A DNA stretch of 63,904 bases, counting the filler, from Folioceros fuciformis (Eukaryota): the NCBI GenBank assembly GCA_049999805.1. It is 6 parts of 6 records of this genome, joined end to end, with 100 filler letters (N's around TTAATTAATTAA, not from the genome) between each part and the next. Parts side by side here need not be neighbours in the genome. Positions count along the whole stretch, not along the records: positions 62,771 to 63,904 come from JBNGIO010004250.1; 5 more parts are not named here. One strand, 5' to 3'. Below, piece after piece: positions 62,771 through 63,904 of the stretch (positions are counted from its first letter, which is position 1; each line of letters starts with the position of its first letter). The notes under the pieces are model-generated. The model was not told the origin of the DNA. It searched no databases and saw nothing but the letters and a program-made list of their open reading frames with translations. The position numbers and the translations under genes were made by a program.

Positions 62771-63904
62771 TTGGACCTTGGCACTGGGTGTAGGGCCGAG
62801 CTAAGTAGTCCTTGGCCTTTGGCGGGCTAGAATAACCAAGTTATCTATATAAGGGGCAAGGATGATTTCATTCAGCCACCGTTGCTTGTTCAAGTGGGAA
62901 GGTGGTTCAATTGCCCACGGGGGTGGGAACATGGAACGTATTGATTGGACCCAACGGAAATAACAACCCTAGTGGTGGAGCTTAGACAGAGAGCGAATAG
63001 GGGTCACCATCGGACGCGGAGCGCAATAGGGGAAGGCGTACCCTTCGGCACCTCATTCCTATGTGTTTCCAAAAGCAGGATAGACTGGCGGAAGAGCGGC
63101 AAAGGGGAGGTACAGCACTGTGGTGAGGTCGGCTGCAAGGAGAAGATTGAGAGAGCAAAGCGGGGGCTGGAAGGGCCCACGGCAGTAGTAAGAGGACGGA
63201 GTAGAGGGGGGTGCCCGCGAGCCGAGAGACTAAACAGGCGGGACACGAACTATGAGGGAAGGGAATCAGGAGAAGAATTGGGGATGGCTCCTTAGGCCGT
63301 GGCAACGATCGCAACTACCCAGTGGCCCAACANNNNNNNNNNTTGGACCTTGGCACTGGGTGTAGGGCCGAGCTAAGTAGTCCTTGGCCTTTGGCGGGCT
63401 AGAATAACCAAGTTATCTATATAAGGGGCAAGGATGATTTCATTCAGCCACCGTTGCTTGTTCAAGTGGGAAGGTGGTTCAATTGCCCACGGGGGTGGGA
63501 ACATGGAACGTATTGATTGGACCCAACGGAAATAACAACCCTAGTGGTGGAGCTTAGACAGAGAGCGAATAGGGGTCACCATCGGACGCGGAGCGCAATA
63601 GGGGAAGGCGTACCCTTCGGCACCTCATTCCTATGTGTTTCCAAAAGCAGGATAGACTGGCGGAAGAGCGGCAAAGGGGAGGTACAGCACTGTGGTGAGG
63701 TCGGCTGCAAGGAGAAGATTGAGAGAGCAAAGCGGGGGCTGGAAGGGCCCACGGCAGTAGTAAGAGGACGGAGTAGAGGGGGGTGCCCGCGAGCCGAGAG
63801 ACTAAACAGGCGGGACACGAACTATGAGGGAAGGGAATCAGGAGAAGAATTGGGGATGGCTCCTTAGGCCGTGGCAACGATCGCAACTACCCAGTGGCCC
63901 AACA
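62771..63904. repeat. Exact 562-bp direct duplication either side of a 10-N gap (probable assembly artefact)
   Basis: 62771-63332 equals 63343-63904. Confidence 0.9.

Noticed and set aside
62771-63904. Perfect 562-bp tandem duplication with twin ORFs
   Set aside because: Identical copies flank a 10-N gap and make up the whole piece; typical unmerged overlap.

Overview
Eukaryotic, plant nuclear DNA, most consistent with a non-seed land plant (inference from short GT-AG introns, a long PLS-DYW PPR gene and the retroelement types). It is not one continuous locus: five artificial 100-bp linkers (N44-TTAATTAATTAA-N44 at 18792, 33553, 45789, 55190, 62671) join six pieces. Two very compact gene islands are present. 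Island 1 (19.3-23.6 kb): plastid-type inositol monophosphatase, an unrecognised transit-peptide protein and fibrillin FBN9. Island 2 (33.7-45.5 kb): a partial Raf-like kinase, organellar bS6, NAF1, a PPR-DYW editing factor and a MUT-7/EXD3-like exonuclease. The rest is nested, decayed retroelements: Ty1/Copia (two with both LTRs), Athila-like LTRs with an extra ORF, L1/Tx1-like LINEs, a CRE-like fragment and an I-group-like LINE 3' end. Best novelty candidate: three independent Copia elements carry an extra ORF between the PBS and gag (two share the N-terminal motif M-[PT]-R-[KR]-x-R-N-x-[HY]-[HY]-V-P-x-V-x-E), and one also has a signal-peptide-like antisense ORF before its 3' LTR. All calls were made by eye without database searches.
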